From Candidatus Aenigmatarchaeota archaeon (GTDB taxonomy: Archaea > Aenigmatarchaeota > Aenigmatarchaeia > GW2011-AR5), in NCBI GenBank assembly GCA_016198685.1, contig JACQID010000004.1, positions 32,001 to 96,000 on the forward strand: 64,000 bases of DNA, in the 5' to 3' direction. The position numbers and the translations under genes are program-made. Below the pieces are notes generated by a model that saw nothing but the letters and a program-made list of their open reading frames with translations, made no database searches and was not told the origin of the DNA. This document shows positions 8,723-16,950 of this stretch, one piece after another. How positions within the stretch are numbered: position 1 is the first letter of the stretch; each line of letters opens with the position of its first letter.

Positions 8723-9409
8723 ATGCAAAAAATCGTTTCTCTCGTTTCCGGTGGCATGGATTCCTGCACTACAATGGCGAAAGCAGCGATGGATGGAAAT
8801 CATATATATCCATTATTTTTTAATTATGGCCAAAAATCCGCCAAAATGGAGGTTACAGCGGCCCAGAATTACATCAACGAATTGAGAAAACGGTCAGTGA
8901 ATATAAATACGCTTCAAATAGTGACGATTTCGATGCCGTTTCTGAGAGTTGCGCTCACGGGAACAGGAAACATTACAAAGGCGGCGGACAAAGACTTTCA
9001 TTCCATGGAATCGAAGAAGATAGATTGGGTGCCGGCCAGAAATGTAATTTTCCTTACTATTGCCAGTTCATACTGCGAAATTGTAAAGGCGCGATGCATT
9101 ACCATAGGCGCTTATAAGGAGGACGAAATGCCGCCGTATCCAGATTCGTCCCGGGAGTTTTTCGATTCCATGGAAATATCGTTGAGTAGAGGCATTTATG
9201 GCGACAAATTTGAAATAAGAACTCCGTTTTTGCATAATTTCAAATGGGATATGATAACATTTTCGAAGGCTAACGGGCTTCCGGTTGATGTGACGTGGTC
9301 GTGCTATGAATCCGGAGAGAAGCATTGTGGGGCATGCAGAAATTGTCTCGACAGAAAGAACGCCTTTGAAAAGGTCATGGCGCCGGACGTCACAGAGTAT
9401 GTCGTCTGA
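8723..9409 (+). CDS. queC: 7-cyano-7-deazaguanine synthase
   Basis: PP-loop SGGMDS, FNYGQK, VPARN, YPDSS, Zn site SCY-x5-HCGACRNC. Confidence 0.95.
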   Translation: MQKIVSLVSGGMDSCTTMAKAAMDGNHIYPLFFNYGQKSAKMEVTAAQNYINELRKRSVNINTLQIVTISMPFLRVALTGTGNITKAADKDFHSMESKKIDWVPARNVIFLTIASSYCEIVKARCITIGAYKEDEMPPYPDSSREFFDSMEISLSRGIYGDKFEIRTPFLHNFKWDMITFSKANGLPVDVTWSCYESGEKHCGACRNCLDRKNAFEKVMAPDVTEYVV

Positions 9410-10207
9410 TCAGTTTCTAAATTTTTTCCTGACAGAATAGACATCAAAGAGTGCTTGGGATACCCATCCGAGAGTATATGCCGAGTTCCATGCAAGCATG
9501 TAGGCCGCTACATCTAAGCCTTTTTTTGATGCTATGTCGATTTCCTTATCGTAAAACGCACCCAGACCCTTCATCAGGTTTTTTTCCACGCCAATGCGTT
9601 TTCCTACGCCATATCTCCATGCGCTCCGTAAATCTGTACAGGGTGTTAGTGGCGGATGATTTATGGTAGCCTCTACTATGTAGTTTATAGGTATATCATT
9701 TATCTGAACCCGGCGATCGAATTCGGCATCTTCCACCCAGTGGATATCCCTGTCGTACAGATAGCCCCCTATATCACTTTTTATAGATCTTCGCATGGCC
9801 AGTGGAGGTTTATAGGCGGTGATTCTGTCCGATGTTGTGTATTCTCTCGCTCTGGCTATTACATGACTAGGGTAACCCTTGGTTTGGAAAAGAACCCTGC
9901 CTTTTGCGAGTTTATAACCCTCGAGACCCTCGTAGAGCATCCGTATTGTTCCGGGATTGAATGTGCAATCCGAGTCTATAAGCAGAACCCTTTCGTTCGA
10001 TGCCGCATGTATACCTTCATCAAGAGCCGCGCCCAAGTTCCTCTCGGCAAGTTCACATGAATCCCTGCCAGATTCTTTAACTATCCGTTTTATGTCTGGA
10101 GTGGGGCCATTCATAGAAACGATTACTTCCACATCTTCATCGATGCTCTGGAGACAGTCCCTTAAGCGCAGATCGTTGGCGACAGGAATTATGATCGATA
10201 TGTCCAT
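9410..10207 (-). CDS. Glycosyltransferase family 2 (GT-A fold)
   Basis: ISIIIPV, DSD (DxD), GGYLYD, EDAEF motifs. Confidence 0.9.
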   Translation of the reverse strand: MDISIIIPVANDLRLRDCLQSIDEDVEVIVSMNGPTPDIKRIVKESGRDSCELAERNLGAALDEGIHAASNERVLLIDSDCTFNPGTIRMLYEGLEGYKLAKGRVLFQTKGYPSHVIARAREYTTSDRITAYKPPLAMRRSIKSDIGGYLYDRDIHWVEDAEFDRRVQINDIPINYIVEATINHPPLTPCTDLRSAWRYGVGKRIGVEKNLMKGLGAFYDKEIDIASKKGLDVAAYMLAWNSAYTLGWVSQALFDVYSVRKKFRN

Positions 10208-10220
10208 TTAAAATTACTAT

Positions 10221-10898
10221 ATGTCAATGATTATATGCATGGTATTTAACAATACTGTTATGGTTTTTGCCGCTCACCCGGACGACGAATCTATAGGATG
10301 CGGGGGTAGTATGGCCAAGTATGCTAGTCAGGGACGTCGACTGTTTCTGACATGCATGACATCATCGAATTCGCAAGACGCGAGAGAGATACGCGAAACG
10401 GAAGCCCATAATGCTGCCAAAAAATTGGGTGTGGAAGAGTTGTTCTTTCTTCGAGAACCCGATAGATTTCTTGAGTATAATAGAAATGCATTGATACCCA
10501 CAATCAACCTCCTAAGGCGAACGCGACCGGATTATATATTCATTCCGCATCCCGATGAGCATGATCGTGACCATAGGTCTGCATACGACATAAGTAGCGA
10601 AGCCGCATGGTTGTCTTCAAGTCCTTATATGCCGGAATTGGGCAAGCCCTGCGATATCAAAGGCATATTTATGTATGAAGTATGGACACCAATACAACAC
10701 CCTCAATATTTTGAAGATATTACAGGATTTGTCCAACAAAAGAGGAGTGCCATAGAGTGCTATGGGTCGCAGATATCGCATGTCAATTATGCGGATGCGG
10801 CTATCGGCCTGAATAAATTTCGGGGCATAATGAGTGGTACAGGTGATTTTTCCGAGGCATTTCTGATAAAGCGTTTAAGAGATGTCTGTATGAAATGA
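10221..10898 (+). CDS. PIG-L/LmbE-family N-acetylsugar deacetylase
   Basis: AHPDDESIGCGG, RETEA..AA..LGV and H.DH metal-binding motifs. Confidence 0.92.
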   Translation: MSMIICMVFNNTVMVFAAHPDDESIGCGGSMAKYASQGRRLFLTCMTSSNSQDAREIRETEAHNAAKKLGVEELFFLREPDRFLEYNRNALIPTINLLRRTRPDYIFIPHPDEHDRDHRSAYDISSEAAWLSSSPYMPELGKPCDIKGIFMYEVWTPIQHPQYFEDITGFVQQKRSAIECYGSQISHVNYADAAIGLNKFRGIMSGTGDFSEAFLIKRLRDVCMK

Positions 10899-10902
10899 TG
10901 CC

Positions 10903-11604
10903 ATGAATGGCGTTACCTGGGTGAAGAATATACTGCATACGACATATACCAAAATTTCCAATGATTTTATAAGGTCGGACCTTTCGACAAACAAATACGC
11001 TCCTGCGGAGAATGTTATAAAGACCCTGAGAGAGTCTATACCCAGAATTTCGGCGTATCCCGACAGGAATTGGTCGTTATTGACGAAGAAAATAGAAAGT
11101 TATACGGGAATTTCGGACGATCATATGTTGACGACCAATGGTCTCAAAAAGGCAATAATCTCATTGTAATGAGAAATTTCTCAAATCTTTTGGTCTGGCC
11201 GGTATGCGGCTGGGATACATCATAGCGCATCCTGAAACGGTAGACATGTTGCTGCGGTTGAGGCGCCATCGAGAGTCAATATGATGGTGCAACGCGCGGC
11301 CATAGCTTGCAATGATAGCGTTGATTATTATGCAAGCACATGGGTAAAAGCGAAAAAGACGGTAAAGAGACTTGTAGATGAATTGACCGTTATTGGACTA
11401 TATGCCGAACCTTCTGCAACGAATTTTGTGTATATCAGAACTTCTCGCGCGGAGGCAATATTTTACCATCTCTGGAAAAATAAAATCTCGGTGTTCCCTT
11501 CATGGGACTCCGAATTTATAGATGCGGATCGCGATGGGCTCAGAATAGTCGCTGGCCTGCCGGACGAGAATATCGCATTATTGAAAGCATTGAAAACCAT
11601 GTAA
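10903..11604 (+). pseudogene. HisC-like class I/II PLP aminotransferase, internally deleted and frameshifted
   Basis: YPD and TNG motifs, then directly NNLIVMRNFS(K)SFGLAGMRLGY across frame changes; the central NPNNPTG/DEAY segment is absent; C-terminal PSATNFV and LRI motifs present. Confidence 0.8.
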
Positions 11605-11616
11605 GGCGGCATGATT

Positions 11617-13317
11617 CTATTTCTCAATCATGAAATCACCGATGAAAAGGTAATCCATGCCGCTTCCATACATAGTGCGTAGTGCATCTCTGGGACTACA
11701 TACAAGCGCCTCTCCTTTTACATTAAGGGAAGTGTTGACGACTACCGGAACACCCGTGATTTCGCCCACATTTTCTATGAGTTTCCTATATCTGGGATTG
11801 CTTTTTTTATCAACCGTCTGAGGCCTAGTTGTACCATCTACGTGAACTACCGCAGGTATATCTCCGGCCCGATCTTTGCGGACATCAAATCCTAATATCA
11901 TATATGGTGAAGAATGCGGTTGTTCCAGATAATTGGCCGCCGCTTCATCGAGCATCGAAGGGCCAAATGGCCTGTACCACTCTCTGTATTTTACTGCTTC
12001 ATTCAGTCTGTTTTTCATATCAGGATTTCTTGGGTCGGCAAGTATGCTTCTGTTGCCCAATGCTCTGGGTCCCCATTCCATGCCACCTTGAAACCAGCCT
12101 ACTATTTTTCCGTTTGTGATAAGCTGCGCGGCCATGCCTTCGGGATCATCTTGGTATTTGAATGGTATCTTGAGCGATAGTAGCTCCCTTTCAATGGCTT
12201 CTTCTGAGAATGCCGGCCCCAGATAGACATTCGGAATAATTGTTCTGGCGTTGTATCCCAGTCGGGAATAGAGCTCTAGAGCGGCGCCCATACTGCATCC
12301 CGCGTCATTGGCAGCCGGTTGGATAAATATATCATCCACAATACCGGAACGCAATATCTTGCCGTTGGCGACGCAATTCAATCCCACACCCCCGGATAGT
12401 GACAGGTTCTTAGAGCCAGTTTCTTCAACAGCAATTTTGGCAAGATATAACATCATATCTTCGACTATGGCTTGTGCCGAAGCGGCGGCATCCATATAAA
12501 CCGGGGTCATGATAGTTTCACGCGCGAATTTTTTCGCATCTTGGTCATAGATGAATGAAGGCGCATTGGCCCTTCCAAATCGGCTGGAGAATAATTTTAC
12601 CCATTGCTCGCGTATTTGGGTTTCTTCATCGCTGACTCCGTCTTTTCCAAGTACTATTCCCGACCTGTTTATATTGGACCTATAGCTTTTGCCGTTAGTT
12701 GTGAAAGCGTCTGACAGTGACATTCTTCGTCTGCCGTATGCTGCAAGCCCCATAGTCTTGCCAGGTTCGTTGGGTTCTAAGCCCACGAATCCCGTCGAGG
12801 CCTCGTAAAAATATCCCAATGAATCAGGTATGCCTATTTTTCTGACTAATTTTATTTGGTTTCCGTCTCCATACCACAAGGAAGTGGAGACGTCTTCGCC
12901 CTGCCCGTCCGCCACTACAATGGCGCTTTTGTCGTAGCCCGAGACTCGGAATGCGCTTGAAGCATGCGACAAATGATGCTCGATGAAAGAAATCCGCGGA
13001 GATTTACCATAATCAAACATTGTTCTGGGGAATATTTGTTCTGGGAGAGTACTTTCATCTAGGCGGTCCGTCATGCCTCTAATTTTATAATGATACGGCC
13101 AGTCCCAGTAAACCGCTACATGATCTATTTCGTTGACTCCTATGCCGGCGACATCAAGGCAGTACTTGATGGAATTATGAGGCAATGTGTCGTATGAATA
13201 CTTTTTTCTGATCAGTTTTTCCTCTTCTACCGCAGCTACAATTTTGCCGTCTTTTAGAAGCGTTGCCGACGCATCATGACCTCTATCGTTCCAGCCTGCA
13301 ATACCAAGTATGTACAT
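11617..13317 (-). CDS. O-carbamoyltransferase (NodU/CmcH/TobZ family)
   Basis: HDAS, HHLSHA, DGQGE, GKTMGLAAYG, GGVGLNC, NDAG, GPRALGNRSIL, RPFGP, HVDGT.RPQ, NTSLN motifs; likely start MYILGI at 13317. Confidence 0.95.
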   Translation of the reverse strand: MYILGIAGWNDRGHDASATLLKDGKIVAAVEEEKLIRKKYSYDTLPHNSIKYCLDVAGIGVNEIDHVAVYWDWPYHYKIRGMTDRLDESTLPEQIFPRTMFDYGKSPRISFIEHHLSHASSAFRVSGYDKSAIVVADGQGEDVSTSLWYGDGNQIKLVRKIGIPDSLGYFYEASTGFVGLEPNEPGKTMGLAAYGRRRMSLSDAFTTNGKSYRSNINRSGIVLGKDGVSDEETQIREQWVKLFSSRFGRANAPSFIYDQDAKKFARETIMTPVYMDAAASAQAIVEDMMLYLAKIAVEETGSKNLSLSGGVGLNCVANGKILRSGIVDDIFIQPAANDAGCSMGAALELYSRLGYNARTIIPNVYLGPAFSEEAIERELLSLKIPFKYQDDPEGMAAQLITNGKIVGWFQGGMEWGPRALGNRSILADPRNPDMKNRLNEAVKYREWYRPFGPSMLDEAAANYLEQPHSSPYMILGFDVRKDRAGDIPAVVHVDGTTRPQTVDKKSNPRYRKLIENVGEITGVPVVVNTSLNVKGEALVCSPRDALRTMYGSGMDYLFIGDFMIEK

Positions 13318-13365
13318 ACAAATAACACGATTTTTTATTCTTAAACATCTTCGCATATTGTCATT

Positions 13366-14139
13366 ATGGGGAAAGGTGTTGATGCATCGTTTTGGGATAA
13401 AGTGGGTTCGGAGATAGGATACGACTTTACATCATTGCGCTTATACCGCGAAGGCGAAAATTGTGAGGAAAAATTCAGGCGACTTGTCACGAATAATATC
13501 TGCCAAAACAGCGTAGCAATTGACATAGGGGTCGCTGACGGCTCGTTTGATATTAGTTTATCCGATAAGCTGAAATTTATCGTAGGCATTGACACTTCTA
13601 CAAAAATGATTGAAAAAGCGCGCCAAAAACTCGCGATTTCCGGATCAAGAAACGTATTCTTATCCATCTCGGACGGTAGGGAATTACCGTTTGCTGATGC
13701 ACAATTTGACATTTCGATTAGTAGGAGAGGACCCAGTACTTCCAGCATGGAATTTCTTCTGGAAACCAAGCGTATTTTGAACAGGGGCGGGATATTTCTA
13801 GAGATAACTATAGGTGAGAAAGACAAAGAAAATATAAAGAGAATATTCGGAAGAGGGCAGAATTATACGGCGCTGATGGCAGGCAGAAGCGAAATGTTAA
13901 GAAAAAAGGCCATGCTGCAAAAAGCGGGTTTCGTGGACATAGAAGTGAGTGAAATGAATTCGGCGGAATTCTACGAGTCCGTGGAGGATATTATGTTTCT
14001 CCTTCGCAACACCCCGATAATTCCCGACTTTAACAGGATTAATGACATGGAGTATATTCATAAACTGATGAAAGACGCAAAAACGGAGAGGGGAATACGC
14101 ACGAATAGCCATCGAATTATCATATCGGCAAGGAAATGA
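13366..14139 (+). CDS. Class I SAM-dependent methyltransferase
   Basis: DIGVADG motif I, GIDTS, LPFADAQFD, RIL..GG motifs. Confidence 0.9.
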   Translation: MGKGVDASFWDKVGSEIGYDFTSLRLYREGENCEEKFRRLVTNNICQNSVAIDIGVADGSFDISLSDKLKFIVGIDTSTKMIEKARQKLAISGSRNVFLSISDGRELPFADAQFDISISRRGPSTSSMEFLLETKRILNRGGIFLEITIGEKDKENIKRIFGRGQNYTALMAGRSEMLRKKAMLQKAGFVDIEVSEMNSAEFYESVEDIMFLLRNTPIIPDFNRINDMEYIHKLMKDAKTERGIRTNSHRIIISARK

Positions 14140-14140
14140 T

Positions 14141-14899
14141 TCATCTGCCCCTATCCGACCCCCATAGAAGAATATGTAATCTCGGCGTGAATCCGTATCC
14201 AGATGCTTTGCACGTCTCCACGATGAACCGGGATCTGCGGAGTACATCCTCACGTGTCGTGCCCTCCGGCATTAATAGGACCTTGTTTTTTTGGATTTTG
14301 TAACGCGCGACAATATCGTTGATTCCGTAGATATCGTTCTCAGAGCAAACTACAAATTTAAACCATGCGGTATTAGCATTTGAAAAAAAGGACAGAGCTG
14401 CGGCATTTTCTCTCATAATAGCCCTGTTTCCAGAGGATTCGAGTTTGGGCGAAACATTCCATTGTTTTATGCTGGCAGAAAAGAGCTCATTTGGGACTAT
14501 GGTGCCGTTCGTTTCCGTTTCGATATAGTAGCCTAATTCATTAACACAGTTTAGGAATTTCAAGAGCTCCGGATCTTTTTGCTGCAGCAATGGTTCCCCG
14601 CCTGTAAGTACTATGCGTTTACAGTCAAATTTCTCTATAGTTTGTATTAACTCTTCGGATAGCATATCGATACTTTCTTTGAAGGGGTGATAGAGTTTGG
14701 TATCCTCTCTGGGGGCGGAAGAATTGTCCGTAGTAGCCTTCTCAACGTTCTTTAGCATTTGTTTGCTGAAAAGCCATGTATATTTTGTGTCGCACCACCA
14801 GCAATGTAAATTGCATGAAGAAAGCCGGATAAAAATCGAAGGAATGCCGAGAGAGCGACCTTCGCCTTGCACGGAATAGAATACTTCATTTACCTTCAT
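14141..14899 (-). CDS. queE: 7-carboxy-7-deazaguanine synthase (radical SAM)
   Basis: FYSVQGEG, CNLHCWWCDT (CxxxCxxC), TGGEP, ETNG, SPKL, PRLH; ATG at 14899 overlaps the queD 3' end. Confidence 0.95.
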   Translation of the reverse strand: MKVNEVFYSVQGEGRSLGIPSIFIRLSSCNLHCWWCDTKYTWLFSKQMLKNVEKATTDNSSAPREDTKLYHPFKESIDMLSEELIQTIEKFDCKRIVLTGGEPLLQQKDPELLKFLNCVNELGYYIETETNGTIVPNELFSASIKQWNVSPKLESSGNRAIMRENAAALSFFSNANTAWFKFVVCSENDIYGINDIVARYKIQKNKVLLMPEGTTREDVLRRSRFIVETCKASGYGFTPRLHILLWGSDRGR

Positions 14900-15257
14900 T
14901 GTCTTTCCAGTATTCCGCATATTGATTTTGGGATTCCCAAACCCTTACCCTCTCCAGATTTTTGATGCCCTTGTCCTCCAGTTTATGGAATAATATTTTC
15001 GAGACATTCTCGGCCGTAGCATTGTTTCCCAGAATGTTATTAAGATGATTGTGGTCAAATTCGCTCAGACATGATCGAAGCCCACTTTTTAATTCTATGA
15101 AGTCAGAATTTTCTAAAATCCCATTGGAATCTGTAGTTTGACCTGTTACGAACACTTCCACTTTATACGTATGTCCGTGGAGGTTTCTGCATTTCCCAGC
15201 ATGCCCAGGTATGCTATGTGACGCGTCAAAATGGTCCTCTATGCGCAATCGAAACAT
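14886..15257 (-). CDS. queD: 6-carboxy-5,6,7,8-tetrahydropterin synthase
   Basis: FDASH, C-x3-HGHTY, DH..LN, TAEN, WES motifs; ATG overlaps the upstream TAA (TAATG). Confidence 0.95.
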   Translation of the reverse strand: MFRLRIEDHFDASHSIPGHAGKCRNLHGHTYKVEVFVTGQTTDSNGILENSDFIELKSGLRSCLSEFDHNHLNNILGNNATAENVSKILFHKLEDKGIKNLERVRVWESQNQYAEYWKDNEGK

Positions 15258-16021
15258 TATAACGTCCCCTCCCATTGCGAAGAGATGTTATGATCATGGA
15301 TTGACTCGAAGCTTATGCACTTGATATGACATTGCCTTCGCGGATATTCGGCCTTCAGTTCAGCCGCGCATTTACGTACAACGTCCTCCACAAACATGGG
15401 GTTTTGGTGGATTTTTTCCACAACCGATTTTTCTTGCGGGCGTTTCAGCAAACTATATGTCGGTGAACTAAAGCACGAATTGCATATATCAATAAGATAA
15501 GCGTGATTTATTGGGGCCCCCGTAGTGTCCAATCGTAGTTGCAATTCACCGCGTTGGTTATGCGTCAGCCCACCAGTCAATTCTTTTGAACATGGGCATG
15601 CTAAGATGCCTTTCAATGAAAGCTCTATGGTTCTTTGCTTTGTTCTCGTATCATAAGTAGCGCAAACGTTTACTATAGCAGTTTCCTTTCCCCCAGAAAC
15701 GTTTCTTTTATGAAATGGCATTATGCCAGAAACCTTCGTTTCGCAATGATAGTGGTGTTTTTCCAGTATGCTCTTTGCAAGGGTCTCCGCGACGTCTTCA
15801 ATGGAATGCATATTTGAACTCAGGTTGTGTATAGATTCAATGAACCTGCTCATGTGGGCACCCCTTTGATGAGCCGGCAAAGTGACGTATGCGTCAATGG
15901 ACATTACGCATTGATATGCATCTGAGTCACTGCCTACAATTATGAGTTTTTTTACGTTTTCTACCCCCACGCGGGATAGCTCTAATGGATTTGCGGGTAC
16001 AGAATTTTGAACATCTATCAT
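15257..16021 (-). CDS. folE2: GTP cyclohydrolase type IB / MptA family
   Basis: DVQ, VGV, HMSRF, CPCS, HNQR, PMFVEDVVR, ESIHDH motifs. Confidence 0.9.
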   Translation of the reverse strand: MIDVQNSVPANPLELSRVGVENVKKLIIVGSDSDAYQCVMSIDAYVTLPAHQRGAHMSRFIESIHNLSSNMHSIEDVAETLAKSILEKHHYHCETKVSGIMPFHKRNVSGGKETAIVNVCATYDTRTKQRTIELSLKGILACPCSKELTGGLTHNQRGELQLRLDTTGAPINHAYLIDICNSCFSSPTYSLLKRPQEKSVVEKIHQNPMFVEDVVRKCAAELKAEYPRRQCHIKCISFESIHDHNISSQWEGTL

Positions 16022-16143
16022 TCTTTATCTATGTAGTTCAACAATTAAAATCTTCTATTCAGCAATATATTGCAAATTCGAGAAAATAACCACTTCGGCA
16101 TCAATGATAAGTTTCGAGAGGTACTTTTTGGCGGGGTGACTCA

Positions 16144-16264
16144 TGCACCATCCGGGATTTGAACCCGGATCACGAGCTGTTTCCATGCTATTTTAATACA
16201 GCATACGATGCAGCGAAGTTGCGGGCATTGGGAAGCTCGAATCCTGCCATTAGACTAATGGTGC
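16144..16264 (-). tRNA. tRNA-Gly(CCC) with a 50-nt intron at 37/38
   Basis: Acceptor GCACCAT/ATGGTGC, anticodon stem CGAGC/GCTCG, T-arm CCGGG-TTCAAAT-CCCGG; BHB with TTCC/GGAA helix and CAA/ACA bulges. Confidence 0.95.
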
Positions 16265-16291
16265 TTTTCTGATAAGTTTTCTAGAAAATAC

Positions 16292-16615
16292 TTAAGTGTG
16301 ATTTCTAGTCCTAAGCAGGCGGATCCTTTTCGAGAATAAAATTTTTTCAAGAACTTTTGCATTATAATCCGGCTGGCCATCAGAGTTGAAAATGCCAGAA
16401 TAAAAAGCTCTTACGGTCCTATATTGCTCATGTCTTGGAACTTTGGCATTCGATGCCATAGGCTCGATCTCCAATGTATAGCCTATATGGTCCTTAGGCA
16501 TTTCCCTTGACACTACAAAATAATAGACAGCTATTTTGTTTTCTCCTTCGCTTGTCCATACTACTTCATGAACGGTACCCCTGCGTCTGACATAGATCGG
16601 CCCATCCGTAGACAA
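16292..16615 (-). CDS. Hypothetical protein (start uncertain)
   Basis: 107 aa ORF from a TTG start; the frame stays open to about 16696 without ATG; no motif recognised. Confidence 0.4.
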   Translation of the reverse strand: MSTDGPIYVRRRGTVHEVVWTSEGENKIAVYYFVVSREMPKDHIGYTLEIEPMASNAKVPRHEQYRTVRAFYSGIFNSDGQPDYNAKVLEKILFSKRIRLLRTRNHT

Positions 16616-16796
16616 GAAATATGATTCATGGTTGTCTATGACAGTATAGAAATCGGAGCTATAGGCTCTTGCCCGAAAGCCGTTACGCCTGAGTCTTCAT
16701 GCAAATTCAGACGGCATTATGAAGGTAACTTTTAGAATAATGCATATTCCAGGAGAATAAAATAATATCATATGCGATTAGTTCCTTAAGAAAGAA

Positions 16797-16919
16797 TCAG
16801 CCTTTGCCGTATTCTGCGGCGCATTTTTTGCAGACATACGTCTTCGTGCCGTAAAATCTGTGCTCATTCATATCCTTTTCGTCAAATTCGCCGCCGCAGG
16901 AATCGCATTCTTTGCGCAT
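16797..16919 (-). CDS. 40-aa zinc-finger microprotein MRKECDSCGGEFDEKDMNEHRFYGTKTYVCKKCAAEYGKG
   Basis: Translated by hand (below the track cutoff); two CxxC pairs. Confidence 0.7.
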   Translation of the reverse strand: MRKECDSCGGEFDEKDMNEHRFYGTKTYVCKKCAAEYGKG

Positions 16920-16950
16920 CCTACAAAATTAGCCTTGCCGCTTTATATTC

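Noticed and set aside
8723-16021. Dpd-type DNA deazaguanine modification/restriction island, or a plain archaeosine operon
   Set aside because: No DpdA/TGT, helicase, nuclease or ArcS gene is in the window, and the tailoring enzymes are not part of either known system. These cannot be excluded elsewhere in the genome.
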